From Calditrichia bacterium (lineage in GTDB: Bacteria > Calditrichota > Calditrichia > RBG-13-44-9 > J075), in contig JBOEGD010000012.1 of NCBI GenBank assembly GCA_050633245.1, positions 131,059 through 195,058 on the forward strand: a stretch of 64,000 nucleotides of DNA, in the 5' to 3' direction. The notes under the pieces were generated by a model, which saw only the letters and a list, made by a program, of their open reading frames with translations, ran no database searches and was not told the DNA's origin. Of the stretch, positions 50,476 to 61,000 are shown in pieces; within the stretch, counting starts at the first letter, position 1; every line of letters starts with the position of its first letter. A program made the translations under genes and the position numbers.

Positions 50476-51690
50476 TTGGCCATGTGCCGGCTGTTGACAT
50501 CATGCAGTAAGCTCTTTCCCCAAGCAGAATGCCTGCGCCTCCTGCCCGCGATTCTTTTATCCTTTAGCCTAAGCTGTCCACTCTTTTCCCAAACCGCATT
50601 TTCCAATAGCGGTCAGGCTTCCACCCTCTTACAATATTCTGAAAGCTCAAATAACGATGTCTGGTTACTTCGTTATATTCCAGAATTTTCACTCAACCAG
50701 CCATTGGGTAATAACGCACTCGATGTAGAACTGGCGTTCAACCTCTACACCACTTCTCGATTTAATGAACTTGATCGGGTCAATGATAATGCCGAGGCCG
50801 ATCTCTATCGCTTCTGGTTACGCTATAGCGCCAGCCAGTTTGAAGCGCGAGTTGGCCTGCAAAAAATCAGCTTTGGTTCCTCTACCCTACTGCGTCCTCT
50901 GCGCTGGTTCGATCGGGTAGATCCACGCGATCCACTGCAAATCACCGACGGTGTATACGCCGCGCTGGTGCGCTACTACTTCCTCAACAATGCAAACATC
51001 TGGGTTTGGGGGCTAATCGGCAATGATGACCCGAAAGGCTGGGACACTTTTTCAGGCCAGGAAAGCGTTCCTGAGGTCGGAGGGCGAATCCAATTCCCGC
51101 TTGCCCACTTTGGTGAGCTGGGAACCAGTTACCACTTCCGCAAGATTGATGTTGAGAAGACACTCGGACAGACCATCAATCAGATCGAATTTAATGAGAA
51201 CGAAAACAAATTTGGTGCCGATCTTCGGCTAGACTACCTGTTTGGCAGTTGGATAGAAGTAGCCTGGGTTCGGCAAGAGCTGGAACTTTTTCCGTTTCCA
51301 CGCCAGCAGTTCATTACGATAGGTGCCGATTATATGCTGCCAATCGGCACTGGCGTACAGGTAATTGGCGAACACATGTGGATTTCTTACGGACCGAAGT
51401 TTTTCGAGCATGAAGAGACGATTCCACTCTCTGCTGCGCTAGCCAACTATAGCTATGGGCTGTTTGACCAATTCAGCATTATTGTATCGCGGGAGTGGGA
51501 TAGCGGAACCACCTCACGTTTTCTGCGCTGGGGACGCAGCTACGATCGCTGGCAATTCTTCGTAAATGGCTTCTGGAATGATGAGGCTGAAGACCAGCAA
51601 GAAATGAACCTGCTGCTCAATAGCAGCACCAATGCCTCAGGCCAGCTTTCGGGTAAGGGACTGCAATTACTGATTACGTTTAATCATTGA
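50476..51690 (+). CDS. Outer-membrane beta-barrel protein of the Lol-like operon
   Basis: LYRFWLRY, RVGLQKISFG, FDRVDPRDP..DGV; first gene of the operon; start uncertain. Confidence 0.7.
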   Translation: MAMCRLLTSCSKLFPQAECLRLLPAILLSFSLSCPLFSQTAFSNSGQASTLLQYSESSNNDVWLLRYIPEFSLNQPLGNNALDVELAFNLYTTSRFNELDRVNDNAEADLYRFWLRYSASQFEARVGLQKISFGSSTLLRPLRWFDRVDPRDPLQITDGVYAALVRYYFLNNANIWVWGLIGNDDPKGWDTFSGQESVPEVGGRIQFPLAHFGELGTSYHFRKIDVEKTLGQTINQIEFNENENKFGADLRLDYLFGSWIEVAWVRQELELFPFPRQQFITIGADYMLPIGTGVQVIGEHMWISYGPKFFEHEETIPLSAALANYSYGLFDQFSIIVSREWDSGTTSRFLRWGRSYDRWQFFVNGFWNDEAEDQQEMNLLLNSSTNASGQLSGKGLQLLITFNH

Positions 51691-51705
51691 CCAAACGAGA
51701 ATACC

Positions 51706-52407
51706 ATGAAAAACATTATTCACATTCAAAATCTGGTAAAGCGCTTCCCGGTGGGAGACGGATTTTTTACCGCCCTTACTGACATCAACATGGAGTTTAA
51801 GAAAGGCGAATTCGCCGGGCTGGTCGGCCCGAGTGGTTCAGGCAAAACCACGCTGCTAAACATCGTCGGGACACTCGATGGGCCAAGTGAAGGCACCGTT
51901 ACTGTTTTGGACAAGGATGTTGCGCAGCTCTCCCATAAAGAAGCAGCCGAGCTGCGCAATCAGCACATTGGCTTTATCTTTCAAACCTTTAATTTGCTAC
52001 CGGTTTATACTGCTTTCGAGAACATCGAGCTACCATTGCTCCTGCTCGGCATCAAGCCGGATGAGCGTAAAGAAATGGTGATGCAGGCTTTGGAATGGGT
52101 CGGCTTAACGGACAAGACGCACTCCCGTCCCGGACAGCTTTCCGGTGGACAAAGTCAGCGCGTGGCAATTGCGCGAGCTATCGTTAAGCGCCCGGAAATT
52201 ATCCTGGCCGATGAGCCGACGGCCAATCTCGATGCTGAGAATTCGCACCATATCCTGAAGATATTAAAGACTCTCAACAAGGAGCTGGATACCACCTTCA
52301 TCTTCTCAACACATGATGATAAGGTTATTCAATATCTGGATCGCAAGCTATCGCTGCTCGATGGCAAGCTGGACAAAGACGAATTGCTAACCGGGGCTCT
52401 ATCATGA
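51706..52407 (+). CDS. LolD/MacB-type ABC ATPase
   Basis: GPSGSGKTT, IGFIFQTFNL, LSGGQSQR, ADEPTANLD. Confidence 0.92.
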   Translation: MKNIIHIQNLVKRFPVGDGFFTALTDINMEFKKGEFAGLVGPSGSGKTTLLNIVGTLDGPSEGTVTVLDKDVAQLSHKEAAELRNQHIGFIFQTFNLLPVYTAFENIELPLLLLGIKPDERKEMVMQALEWVGLTDKTHSRPGQLSGGQSQRVAIARAIVKRPEIILADEPTANLDAENSHHILKILKTLNKELDTTFIFSTHDDKVIQYLDRKLSLLDGKLDKDELLTGALS

Positions 52408-53573
52408 TGCTATTTAGAATGGCATTGAAGCAGATATGGCGAGCCGGGTTACGCACTTGGCTAAACGTGCTGGTTTTAGCACTAACCATGGTTGTTATCG
52501 TTTTTGTGCAGGGTTTTAATCAGGGCATTATCGAGCAGGTGAGTACGACGATGATCAATTCGGAGATTGGAGGGGGGCAATATTGGCACGAAAAATATGA
52601 CCCCTATAATCCACTTTCGCTGGATTCCGCCCATGCTGAAATAAGCGCCAATGTGCAAAAGGCTATCGACCGTAGCGAACTAACGCCGATCCTTATTCGC
52701 CAGGCATCGCTTTATCCGGAAGGCCGACTCGTTCCTGCGATGATGAAAGGCATTCCAACCGATCAGAAAGTTCTGCAATTTCCGACAGCTGCCTTAAACG
52801 TCGATAACGGCAGTATTCCTGCACTTATTGGTGAACGCATGGCAAAGAGTACCGGGCTGCAAAAGGGAGACCTTGTAACCGTGCGCTGGCGAGACGCTAA
52901 TGGCACCTTTGATGCACGCGACATGGAAATTGCTGCAATCATGAAAACCGATGCTGTCGCCATAGACATGGGTCAGATCTGGCTACCTTTGGGTGTATTG
53001 CAGGAACTCACAGCAATGCCGAACGAGGCTACAATTCTGGTTTCTGCTCCAGACTACGTTGCCCAATCATTCAATGAGTGGAACTGGCAGAGCCATGATG
53101 TGCTGTTAAAAAATATCCGCGATTTGGTTCGCGCTCGCAATATCGGCTCCTCTGTTCTTTATTTACTACTGCTATTTCTCGGCCTGCTGGCAATTTTCGA
53201 TACCCAGATACTCTCGCTCTTCAAGCGGCGTAAGGAAATAGGCACTCTCGTTGCGATGGGCATGACAAAAGAAAAAGTCATCCGCCTCTTCACTCTGGAA
53301 GGTGGCATTCACGGCATTCTGGCAATTGGGTTAGCAGCAATATTGGGAACCCCTCTGTTCTATTATATGGCAATCGCGGGTGCTCCAATTCCTGAGTTGT
53401 CTCAAGATGCCGGACTGGCAATCGGCAGCGTGCTCTATCCACGCTATACGCCTATGCTCATTATTGGCACCATAACTCTTATGTTAATCGCCGTAACCTT
53501 TGTGGCGTGGTTACCGGTTCGTCGCATCGCGCGCATGAAACCCACTGATGCCTTACGCGGGAGGACACAATGA
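52404..53573 (+). CDS. FtsX/LolE-like ABC permease
   Basis: N-terminal TM, large periplasmic domain, RRKEIGTLVAMG, three C-terminal TMs; ATGA overlap. Confidence 0.88.
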   Translation: MMLFRMALKQIWRAGLRTWLNVLVLALTMVVIVFVQGFNQGIIEQVSTTMINSEIGGGQYWHEKYDPYNPLSLDSAHAEISANVQKAIDRSELTPILIRQASLYPEGRLVPAMMKGIPTDQKVLQFPTAALNVDNGSIPALIGERMAKSTGLQKGDLVTVRWRDANGTFDARDMEIAAIMKTDAVAIDMGQIWLPLGVLQELTAMPNEATILVSAPDYVAQSFNEWNWQSHDVLLKNIRDLVRARNIGSSVLYLLLLFLGLLAIFDTQILSLFKRRKEIGTLVAMGMTKEKVIRLFTLEGGIHGILAIGLAAILGTPLFYYMAIAGAPIPELSQDAGLAIGSVLYPRYTPMLIIGTITLMLIAVTFVAWLPVRRIARMKPTDALRGRTQ

Positions 53574-54838
53574 TTTCATTTCTGATAAAGGGTCTGCTGC
53601 GAGATCGCTCACGCAGCCTGTTTCCGCTTTTTGTAATTATTGCCGGCGTCACGCTCACCGTAATCATGCACTGCTGGATAGAAGGCATGTTTGTTAATAT
53701 GACCCAGTCCAGCGCGAACTTTCAGTCCGGCCATGTAAAGGTCACGACCAGAGCCTACGCCAAAGAAGCGAGTCAGCTACCGAACGATTTGGCAATCACT
53801 GGTCTCGACACCTTATTGCAGGAATTAAGTGCAGACTACCCGGGCATGAACTGGGCCAGCCGTATCCGCTTTGGTGGACTGCTGGATATTCCTGATGCGG
53901 ATGGCGAGACACGAGTTCAGGGTCCGGCGCTTGGTCTGGGTATAGAGCTACATTCTTCTGGTGCAGAGAAGCAGCGATTGAATCTAACTGAGGCACTCGA
54001 TGCGGGGTCACTGCCTGAGAAACCCGGCGATATGTTGATAAGTTCAAGTCTGGCTGAAAAACTTGGTGTTAAGCCCGGCGATGCAGCCACGCTAATCGGC
54101 AGCACTATGCACGGCAGTATGGCAATGGCCAATTTTTCGATTTGCGGTACCATTCGATTTGGCATGAACGCCCTCGATCGTGGAGCCTTTATCGTCGATT
54201 TGTCCGATGCTCAAATTGCGTTGGATATGCAGAACAGCACCGGCGAAATTCTCGGCTTTTTTAACGATGGCTACTTCGATCGTGAACGCTCCGAAGCGAT
54301 GGGAATTTCCTTCAATGCGCGACAAAATGCTGACGATGAGTTCGCACCACGCATGGAACCCCTTTCGGCACAGGGTGGTCTTGGTGATCTGTTGGATTTG
54401 GCCAGCGTGGTAATGGGAGTAATTATCTTCATGTTTATTTTTATCATGTTCATTGTGCTCTGGAATGCCGGACTTATGGGCAGCATTCGCCGTTATGGCG
54501 AGATCGGTGTTCGTATGGCAATCGGGGAACCGAAGAGCCACCTCTATGGCACATTGCTCATTGAGTCTATGGTGCTTGGATTGATCGGTTCGATTATCGG
54601 AACGGCGATTGGCCTAAGTATAGCCTATTATCTGCAGAAAGTTGGATTTGACATGGGATCGATGATGAAGGATTCATCAGTCATGATGAGCAACGTGATG
54701 CGCGCGCGCATCACGCCGACGTCCTGGCTCGTCGGCTTTTTACCAGGTCTTATTGCAACTGTGCTGGGAACCGCGATTGCGGGCATCGGTATATATAAAA
54801 GACAAACCGCTCAACTGTTTAAGGAGCTTGAAGTGTAA
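53570..54838 (+). CDS. FtsX/LolC-like ABC permease
   Basis: Same topology; RRYGEIGVRMAIG; ATGA overlap. Confidence 0.88.
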   Translation: MISFLIKGLLRDRSRSLFPLFVIIAGVTLTVIMHCWIEGMFVNMTQSSANFQSGHVKVTTRAYAKEASQLPNDLAITGLDTLLQELSADYPGMNWASRIRFGGLLDIPDADGETRVQGPALGLGIELHSSGAEKQRLNLTEALDAGSLPEKPGDMLISSSLAEKLGVKPGDAATLIGSTMHGSMAMANFSICGTIRFGMNALDRGAFIVDLSDAQIALDMQNSTGEILGFFNDGYFDRERSEAMGISFNARQNADDEFAPRMEPLSAQGGLGDLLDLASVVMGVIIFMFIFIMFIVLWNAGLMGSIRRYGEIGVRMAIGEPKSHLYGTLLIESMVLGLIGSIIGTAIGLSIAYYLQKVGFDMGSMMKDSSVMMSNVMRARITPTSWLVGFLPGLIATVLGTAIAGIGIYKRQTAQLFKELEV

Positions 54839-54887
54839 ATTGTAGTAACGATTAAGCTTAGGAACTAAGCATAAACATACTTTTTTT

Positions 54888-54935
54888 GTCACCCCGAGCC
54901 CTTCGACTTCGCTCAGGATAGACCCTGTCGAGGCG
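54888..54935. repeat. REP-like element
   Basis: GTCACCCCGAGCCCTTCGACTTCGCTCAGG...GTCGAGG; 12-mer CTTCGACTTCGC also at 8469-8480. Confidence 0.6.
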
Positions 54936-54997
54936 CTTATCAAAATATCATCAACGCCAATTTCTCTGATACGGATCTTTAAGGAGCTTGAAGCATA

Positions 54998-55750
54998 ATG
55001 AAGAACCTGAAAATTGCACTCTGCTTATTCTCTATCTGTCTTATTACGCTCGCCTCGGCACAAACTGACGCCCCCACAGCCGAAGAGATATTAAAAAAGC
55101 TCGATGACAATGTACTCTCCAAGAGTCGCGTCTTTCAGTCCAGCATGATTATCAATGGTCGACGTGCCAAGCGCAAGGTATCATCCAAATCCTGGATCGA
55201 AGGCGAAGACCGTTCCTTTACCGAATATGTCGCCCCTGCTCGTGAGAAAGGCACTAAAATGCTTAAGCTGGACGATCAGCTGTGGACTTACTCACCATCT
55301 ACCGATCGTACCATTCGCATCTCCGGTCACATGCTACGGCAGTCGGTTATGGGCTCCGACCTATCCTATGAAGACATGATGGAAGACCGCAGCTTGTTGG
55401 ACGCCTACAACTGTGCAATTGTCGGCACTGACAGCGTAAACGGACGTCCCTGCTGGATACTCGATCTTACAGCAAAGGAAAAAGACGTTGCCTATGCCCA
55501 GCGCAAATTATGGGTTGATAAGGAACGCTATCTCGGGCTAAAAGAAGAACGCTATGCTCGTAGCGGCAAACTGCTTAAAACAACCGAAATTAAAGACATG
55601 AAGAGGGTTGGCAATCGCTGGGTGGTTACGCATGTCATCTTCAAAGACATGTTAAAAAAGGGCGAGGGCACCGAGTTTTTAATCGAAGATATTGAGTTCG
55701 ACGTGGACATTCCCGGGCACGTGTTTTCCAAGGCGTCATTGCGGCGGTAA
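54998..55750 (+). CDS. Outer-membrane lipoprotein-sorting protein (LolA-like)
   Basis: Signal peptide; PAREKGTKMLK, LWTYSPS, MGSDLSYEDM, SGKLLK. Confidence 0.88.
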   Translation: MKNLKIALCLFSICLITLASAQTDAPTAEEILKKLDDNVLSKSRVFQSSMIINGRRAKRKVSSKSWIEGEDRSFTEYVAPAREKGTKMLKLDDQLWTYSPSTDRTIRISGHMLRQSVMGSDLSYEDMMEDRSLLDAYNCAIVGTDSVNGRPCWILDLTAKEKDVAYAQRKLWVDKERYLGLKEERYARSGKLLKTTEIKDMKRVGNRWVVTHVIFKDMLKKGEGTEFLIEDIEFDVDIPGHVFSKASLRR

Positions 55751-55827
55751 TAACATGGGTGAATTGGATAAAGAATAAAGATATTTACGGCGAGGTGCCG
55801 AGCTATGTCTCGACACCGAAATAACAG

Positions 55828-55854
55828 TAGCGCGGGTCAAGACCCGCGTTTTTT
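55828..55854 (+). terminator. Intrinsic terminator / GTAG-type hairpin after the Lol-like operon
   Basis: GTAG-CGCGGGTC-AA-GACCCGCG-TTTTTT. Confidence 0.75.
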
Positions 55855-55903
55855 GTAGATAATAATGCACATTCAAAGCAGGATATATTTATTGCAAATA
55901 GAT

Positions 55904-56044
55904 ATGAAAAATATTAAAAACGAAGACATCGAATTCGATGTAGGTATTCCAGGGCACATGTTTTCCAAGGCAGCGTTGACATAGCCGGGATATACAGGCC
56001 GGTGTCGAGCTATGTCTCGACACCGAAATAATCGTAGCGCGGGG
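55904..56044 (+). repeat. Second copy of the lolA-like 3' end plus downstream hairpin
   Basis: Mini-ORF MKNIKNEDIEFDVGIPGHMFSKAALT* (55904..55984), then GGTGTCGAGCTATGTCTCGACACCGAAATAA..GTAGCGCGGG matching 55794-55836. Confidence 0.88.
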
Positions 56045-56263
56045 TGCTGAAGCAGTAATATCTTCACAACGGAACAGACTGATAATACGTGAGATCGGCA
56101 CAAATTTTTACAAAGACTGGAACAAGGTAGAGCGACTTTTCAATCGGTTAAAGCATTGCCGGAAAATCGCTACTCGATATGATAAAGCAGCCCAGAATTA
56201 TCTATCATTTGTTTATGCAGCATCAATAAAGGTTTTGTTGCTTTAATTGTATACACGACTTAG
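56043..56263 (+). mobile_element. IS5-family transposase C-terminal remnant with probable right end
   Basis: GAEAVISSQRNRLIIREIGTNFYKDWNKVERLFNRLKHCRKIATRYDKAAQNYLSFVYAASI; stop 56244-56246. Confidence 0.85.
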
Positions 56264-56517
56264 AGTAAACAGCCTAGGGTTCAAAAATCAAATTGTTAAA
56301 TAATCAAAATACTTGCTAGATTTAGTCTGATTGAAGGTGATTTAAGCTAACTAACTGACACTTCATGCAAGTATAGCTGGTGTGTATTAATTTCTACTTT
56401 AATTTTTATTAAACAGACATATAAGAATTAGCATAAACAGGTGCTCATTAAATTACAACTCCTTTGAGAGCAGTATATTAGTCTTATCGAATAAGGTATT
56501 AAACAAAAAACCAGATA

Positions 56518-56706
56518 TTATTTTTGTCTTATATAATAAATAATATTAAAAACAACTAATAAGAAGAGTAAGATTATTTGATATCCTCCAATACAAGGGG
56601 GGCGATACACCCCCTCAGGAGTAGGTCCACACAATGGCTGTAGCATATGAATTATACACAAAGAAAATAGGTTTAGAAGTGTCAGACGTATTTTATTGTA
56701 TGTCAT
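56518..56706 (-). CDS. Small two-TM protein with a Cys/Pro loop
   Basis: 62 aa; TM-PLCGPTPEGVYRPPCIG-TM. Confidence 0.45.
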   Translation of the reverse strand: MTYNKIRLTLLNLFSLCIIHMLQPLCGPTPEGVYRPPCIGGYQIILLFLLVVFNIIYYIRQK

Positions 56707-56863
56707 ATTATCGGAACCTAATATGCAATGCTGTTAATATTTCTTTGATTAATACTCCCCAATAAGCCCCATGACATTTTATTCTCAACCCACATCTGAG
56801 GCAGAGTTTAAACTGTCAACAATCGCATCAATATTTTTTCCCTGCAAAACCTCAAGCCCCACG

Positions 56864-57319
56864 TTAATTATAAACCACCGGGTTTTTAAAAAAGCTGTTA
56901 ATATATAGTGTCACAACTTCATTATTAACATAATATTCCCCACCGCGCTCAAAGAAGAATCGATCCAGAAAAATCTTTTCCTGCTCCCCGCTCGAGTAAG
57001 CAATCGTAACTATTGCTCTGCTATCAATAGGCCGATTAGTATAAGAAGGGTCACGCTTTACGGCTTTATCTAATATCCTGAGAAACGTCGCAATTTTTGA
57101 AGGTTCATTCAAAGTCACTGTTTCACATTGGTTGTTAAAATACTGATAAAACTTATCACGGTCTACCCGACTAATTGATGTTACAGAAAAACAAACTCTG
57201 TCAATGGTAATTCGGCTAACCGAATCATTGTTACTATCTGTATCTATCGAAGACAAACAGCCTGAAGCGATTGTTATGCAACAGATCGTAAGGAGAATTT
57301 TGTACTGTAACTTTAGCAT
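56864..57319 (-). CDS. Hypothetical lipoprotein
   Basis: Lipobox IASGC; 151 aa in an AT-rich region. Confidence 0.6.
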   Translation of the reverse strand: MLKLQYKILLTICCITIASGCLSSIDTDSNNDSVSRITIDRVCFSVTSISRVDRDKFYQYFNNQCETVTLNEPSKIATFLRILDKAVKRDPSYTNRPIDSRAIVTIAYSSGEQEKIFLDRFFFERGGEYYVNNEVVTLYINSFFKNPVVYN

Positions 57320-57551
57320 TAGCTGTCTTCAAAATTAGAGGTTATTGCCCGGGTTCTCGCTACCCGCCTGTTATATCTTAAAGAGAATAGGAAGGAATTA
57401 GTATTCATTACTTCTTCAAATCCGCACTCTTACTATTTGACGAACCTGCTGGTAAATAGTTTACAGCCTACCTAATTCCCTCTAGAGCATTCAGAGAAAA
57501 GTAAGGCGTTAGTGTTTTGGGAAAGAAGTCTAATTCTGGAAGAGAGCCCAA

Positions 57552-57977
57552 CTATTCGGTTCCAAAACTTTTGTACGGACTCCCTATAATATGTCTCCGT
57601 AAGCGTTGAGTAACCAGAAACGCAACCAACGCTATCAACCAAACGGGTTCATTGAATCGTATTGCAAGGAGAAGAAAGATGGACGCGAGTATTGTACATT
57701 CCTTAAAGAGCAGGGAGGATAAGCTGCTTTTTTCGTAATGAATTAATATTAACTCAAGAGATAAAAGTAGAATCAATAGGGGGATCCAGGCAAAAGCCCA
57801 GTAAAAAACAACAGTTATAACTCCACCCACGAAACCAACGGCTAATGCATTTGCTAACGTTTCATTACCGAAAATATAATTTTGAGACACTCCTAATATG
57901 GCACAATAAAGATAAAGGACAAAAAGCACTCCTAATAAATTTATCCAATTCGTTTTGATAAACTCGAACTTGTTCAT
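57552..57977 (-). CDS. Hypothetical multi-TM membrane protein (immunity-like)
   Basis: IKTNWINLLGV start; four to five hydrophobic helices. Confidence 0.65.
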   Translation of the reverse strand: MNKFEFIKTNWINLLGVLFVLYLYCAILGVSQNYIFGNETLANALAVGFVGGVITVVFYWAFAWIPLLILLLSLELILIHYEKSSLSSLLFKECTILASIFLLLAIRFNEPVWLIALVAFLVTQRLRRHIIGSPYKSFGTE

Positions 57978-58075
57978 AAATGCTTTCAGCTTGAGTGAAT
58001 AGTATGCTTGCTCAGTACCCCTTATATTGATGGAAGGTCAATCTAACTTTAACTTTACACGCCTAATCAGGGACT

Positions 58076-61000
58076 CTAAACAACTCTATCTGTAAGATCA
58101 ATACGCGCTTTAATTGCAGCTAAAATTGCTTTGTGCCTATTCGTAAGACTCATTGAGGATTCATCAGCCAGGGCAATGATCGACTTTGCCAGCTTGGCTT
58201 TTTTACTTGCACCAGTTACTTTTTTCAGCTTCGCGAGCAAATTGTCTGAAGGAGAGACATTTAATTCTATACATGAGCTAAGGATGCAATCAAACAACAA
58301 ATGAGAGTTGCGAGGGAACTTCTCTTGAGCCTCCAGAAAAGTATCGAGCATCATAAAACAGACCAAGCTGTGTAACTGAGAAACCTGCGATATTTGCGAG
58401 AGACGGTCGGCAAGACGATTTGTTTTCATCCAGCCACCTCTGGCAAGCTTTATTAAGGTTTCGCTCATTTTAGCTGGATGCATACGACTATCTTCAATGC
58501 TCTCAATCATCAAATCCACTGCATGTCCACTTGAATCGGCATCCTTGCTTATCAGCGCTATCGCCACTGCAACATATGTCATCTCGGTCCAGGGTAAGAC
58601 AGAGTTAAATATTGGGGCAAGAAATGCATAATTCGGTTGAAAGGTATTTGCATTATCGTTCACGCGACTGACAAAAAAATAGGTCGCATTTTTTAAACTA
58701 CCATCCAAATTTGCAGGCCACGTCTGCATCGCCCACTGAATTAACCAACTGCCTGAGTAATTAAGATAGCTATCCCAGAACCATTTGCGGCTACTCGTTT
58801 TCGTGAGCAAAAATGTCGGCAATTTATTCGCAGCAAGTCCCTTTGGGGGCAGAGCTGATATTCCCTGATTGAACAATGTTAAAAGGCTGGAAATTACTCC
58901 ATTCTTATTTTCATTTTTTCTATAGTCGCTTAATGGGGTGGTCCGTATTTCTATAACCGGATGTATATGAATACTATCATAAACCTCTTGTTTTTCCATT
59001 CTGGACCTCCAGCTGTAGCCTGCAGGAACAAGGACGTCCGGGAGGCATTTTTTCACCCCCAGGTTGGCTAATTCAATTGTTGAATCGCCTAATGGGTTCC
59101 TTGCACGATCTGCAACAAGCCATACATCCCTCAATAAGCGATCTCGGCTATTTGGTCCTTCTTTTCCCCCGAGTGCCCAGCGTAATGCTCGACCAATACC
59201 TCCATCAATTTCTTGTGCATTTATTAAGGCCGAATCTCGATTGTCAGGTGCAATGCGCAAAAGAGCCTGTAGCAAATCGTAACGCGGTATCGCTTCATTC
59301 TTACTTTGTAGATGCAAAATCCGCTCAACTAAGATATGAGCCTCTATCCAACCGTTTAGGTGAGTTGGTGCGGACAGCGAAATGGTTGCATGACGTTTCG
59401 CAATGCGCGGAATCATTTCTCTGATTCGAAGATCCATAAAGACATGAACATTAGCATTTTTGTATATAAGCTGGTTTGCTTTTGCAGGTTTACTGGTTAT
59501 CCAGGTCTTGAGAAGATCCTTCAGTACAATGCACAACCCGCCGTATCCACTTATCAAGCCACGTGAAGCTTCCGAATAGGTCGGATTGTAAATCCGCTTC
59601 AAGAGTGCTTCCGTCTTAAGTGCAAAGTCCGCAGGTCTTCTGTCACACAGTCGGCATATACCATCAAGAATCCGTTCAACTTCATCCGCAGAATCTACAA
59701 TTTCCACCGCATGAGAAACTGCCTTTAGTAGCTCATCAAATGTTTCTATCGGCTTGATTCGTTCGAGCCCATCTAAAAGACGCAGTGATTGAAAGGGAAT
59801 GTTCAGCGGGGGAGGAATTTCGGTTGGAAAGATTTCGCCAAGATAGGCATCCAAACCAAGCAGTGCTCGTTTTTCAGAGGATATGTCTTCGATTGTCTTT
59901 TTCAAGACATTCCATTCCGAAGCAAAATCAACCTCAGAAGTTGTCGTTTCGACAGACTCCGGGCTTAGCGACAATAAACGATGCCGCAAACTCGGGTGCA
60001 CTATATCCTGATATCTTTCTATTCCTTCAAAGGCAGATACGCTGTATTCTTTCAATTCCTCAAGAATAGATAGTATTATTTCTTGGATATCACTGCTGTC
60101 ATGTATAATTGCATCAACGCATAATGGAACAAGTGAGTGTTTGGCAAGATCGTTATTTTTATAAAGACGACGCAATATTTGTAGATAAGTTTTTGCTTGA
60201 CCTTTACCCGGCAAGCTTAAGACCGATGGAAACGAGTCTATTAAATCATGTGCAGCTAACCGTCCAGCATTTTCAAGTTTTCGAATCATCTTAAGTGCAA
60301 ACGTAACCACATGCCCAACCGGGTCACTCAATAAATCAATATACTTGGATTTGCGTTCGTCCAGTTCCTCTAAAGAGGGATCTAAAAACAGATGAAATTT
60401 GTAGAAGCCGCTCTTAAAGCGTGGTTCAAAATCGCGACTCAGGGCATTAAGGCTTTCATCCAACAACCGTGCTCTATCAAGTATTCCCTTATTGGAAAGA
60501 TCAAGAAGCGACTCGGGCCAATCTTGATAGTTTTGCAGTGCATTATTAGAAGTTTTATGCCAACCTTCAGCAAAAGCGGATGTCTGAAAGTAAAACAGTT
60601 GCCATACCTCGTTGCTCAAAAGCTCTGGATCATTGATAAGTGCCTGGTTGACAGGAATATAGTTCTTCTTAGAATCGTCTTGCCAAGTTAACAGGCCAAT
60701 TACAAAAAATTGTATATATCCCTCTGATATAGCTACATCACATAGGCCATCCTTCATCCATCCACGCAGCAGCACCCAATCCATACTTGCAAATTCCTGA
60801 CTCAATTCATGTTCTATCCAGGCAGAAAGCCATTTTGGTTTTAGAGTTCGAACGATCTTATCAATCTGCCGTCGTATTTCTTTATCATAATATATCTGCC
60901 AGAACTTCACTTTTTTGGTTCTGGAAAGAGGACAAAGAATAAAAACTGCAAGAGAGCTATTGTAGTATACATCCGGCGGGGAAGGGGCTTTGGCATCAAA

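Noticed and set aside
55794-56044. CRISPR array or integron attC interpretation of the duplicated hairpin
   Set aside because: Only two copies about 207 bp apart, part of a larger duplication; no cas or intI gene and no clear RYYYAAC/GTTRRRY boxes
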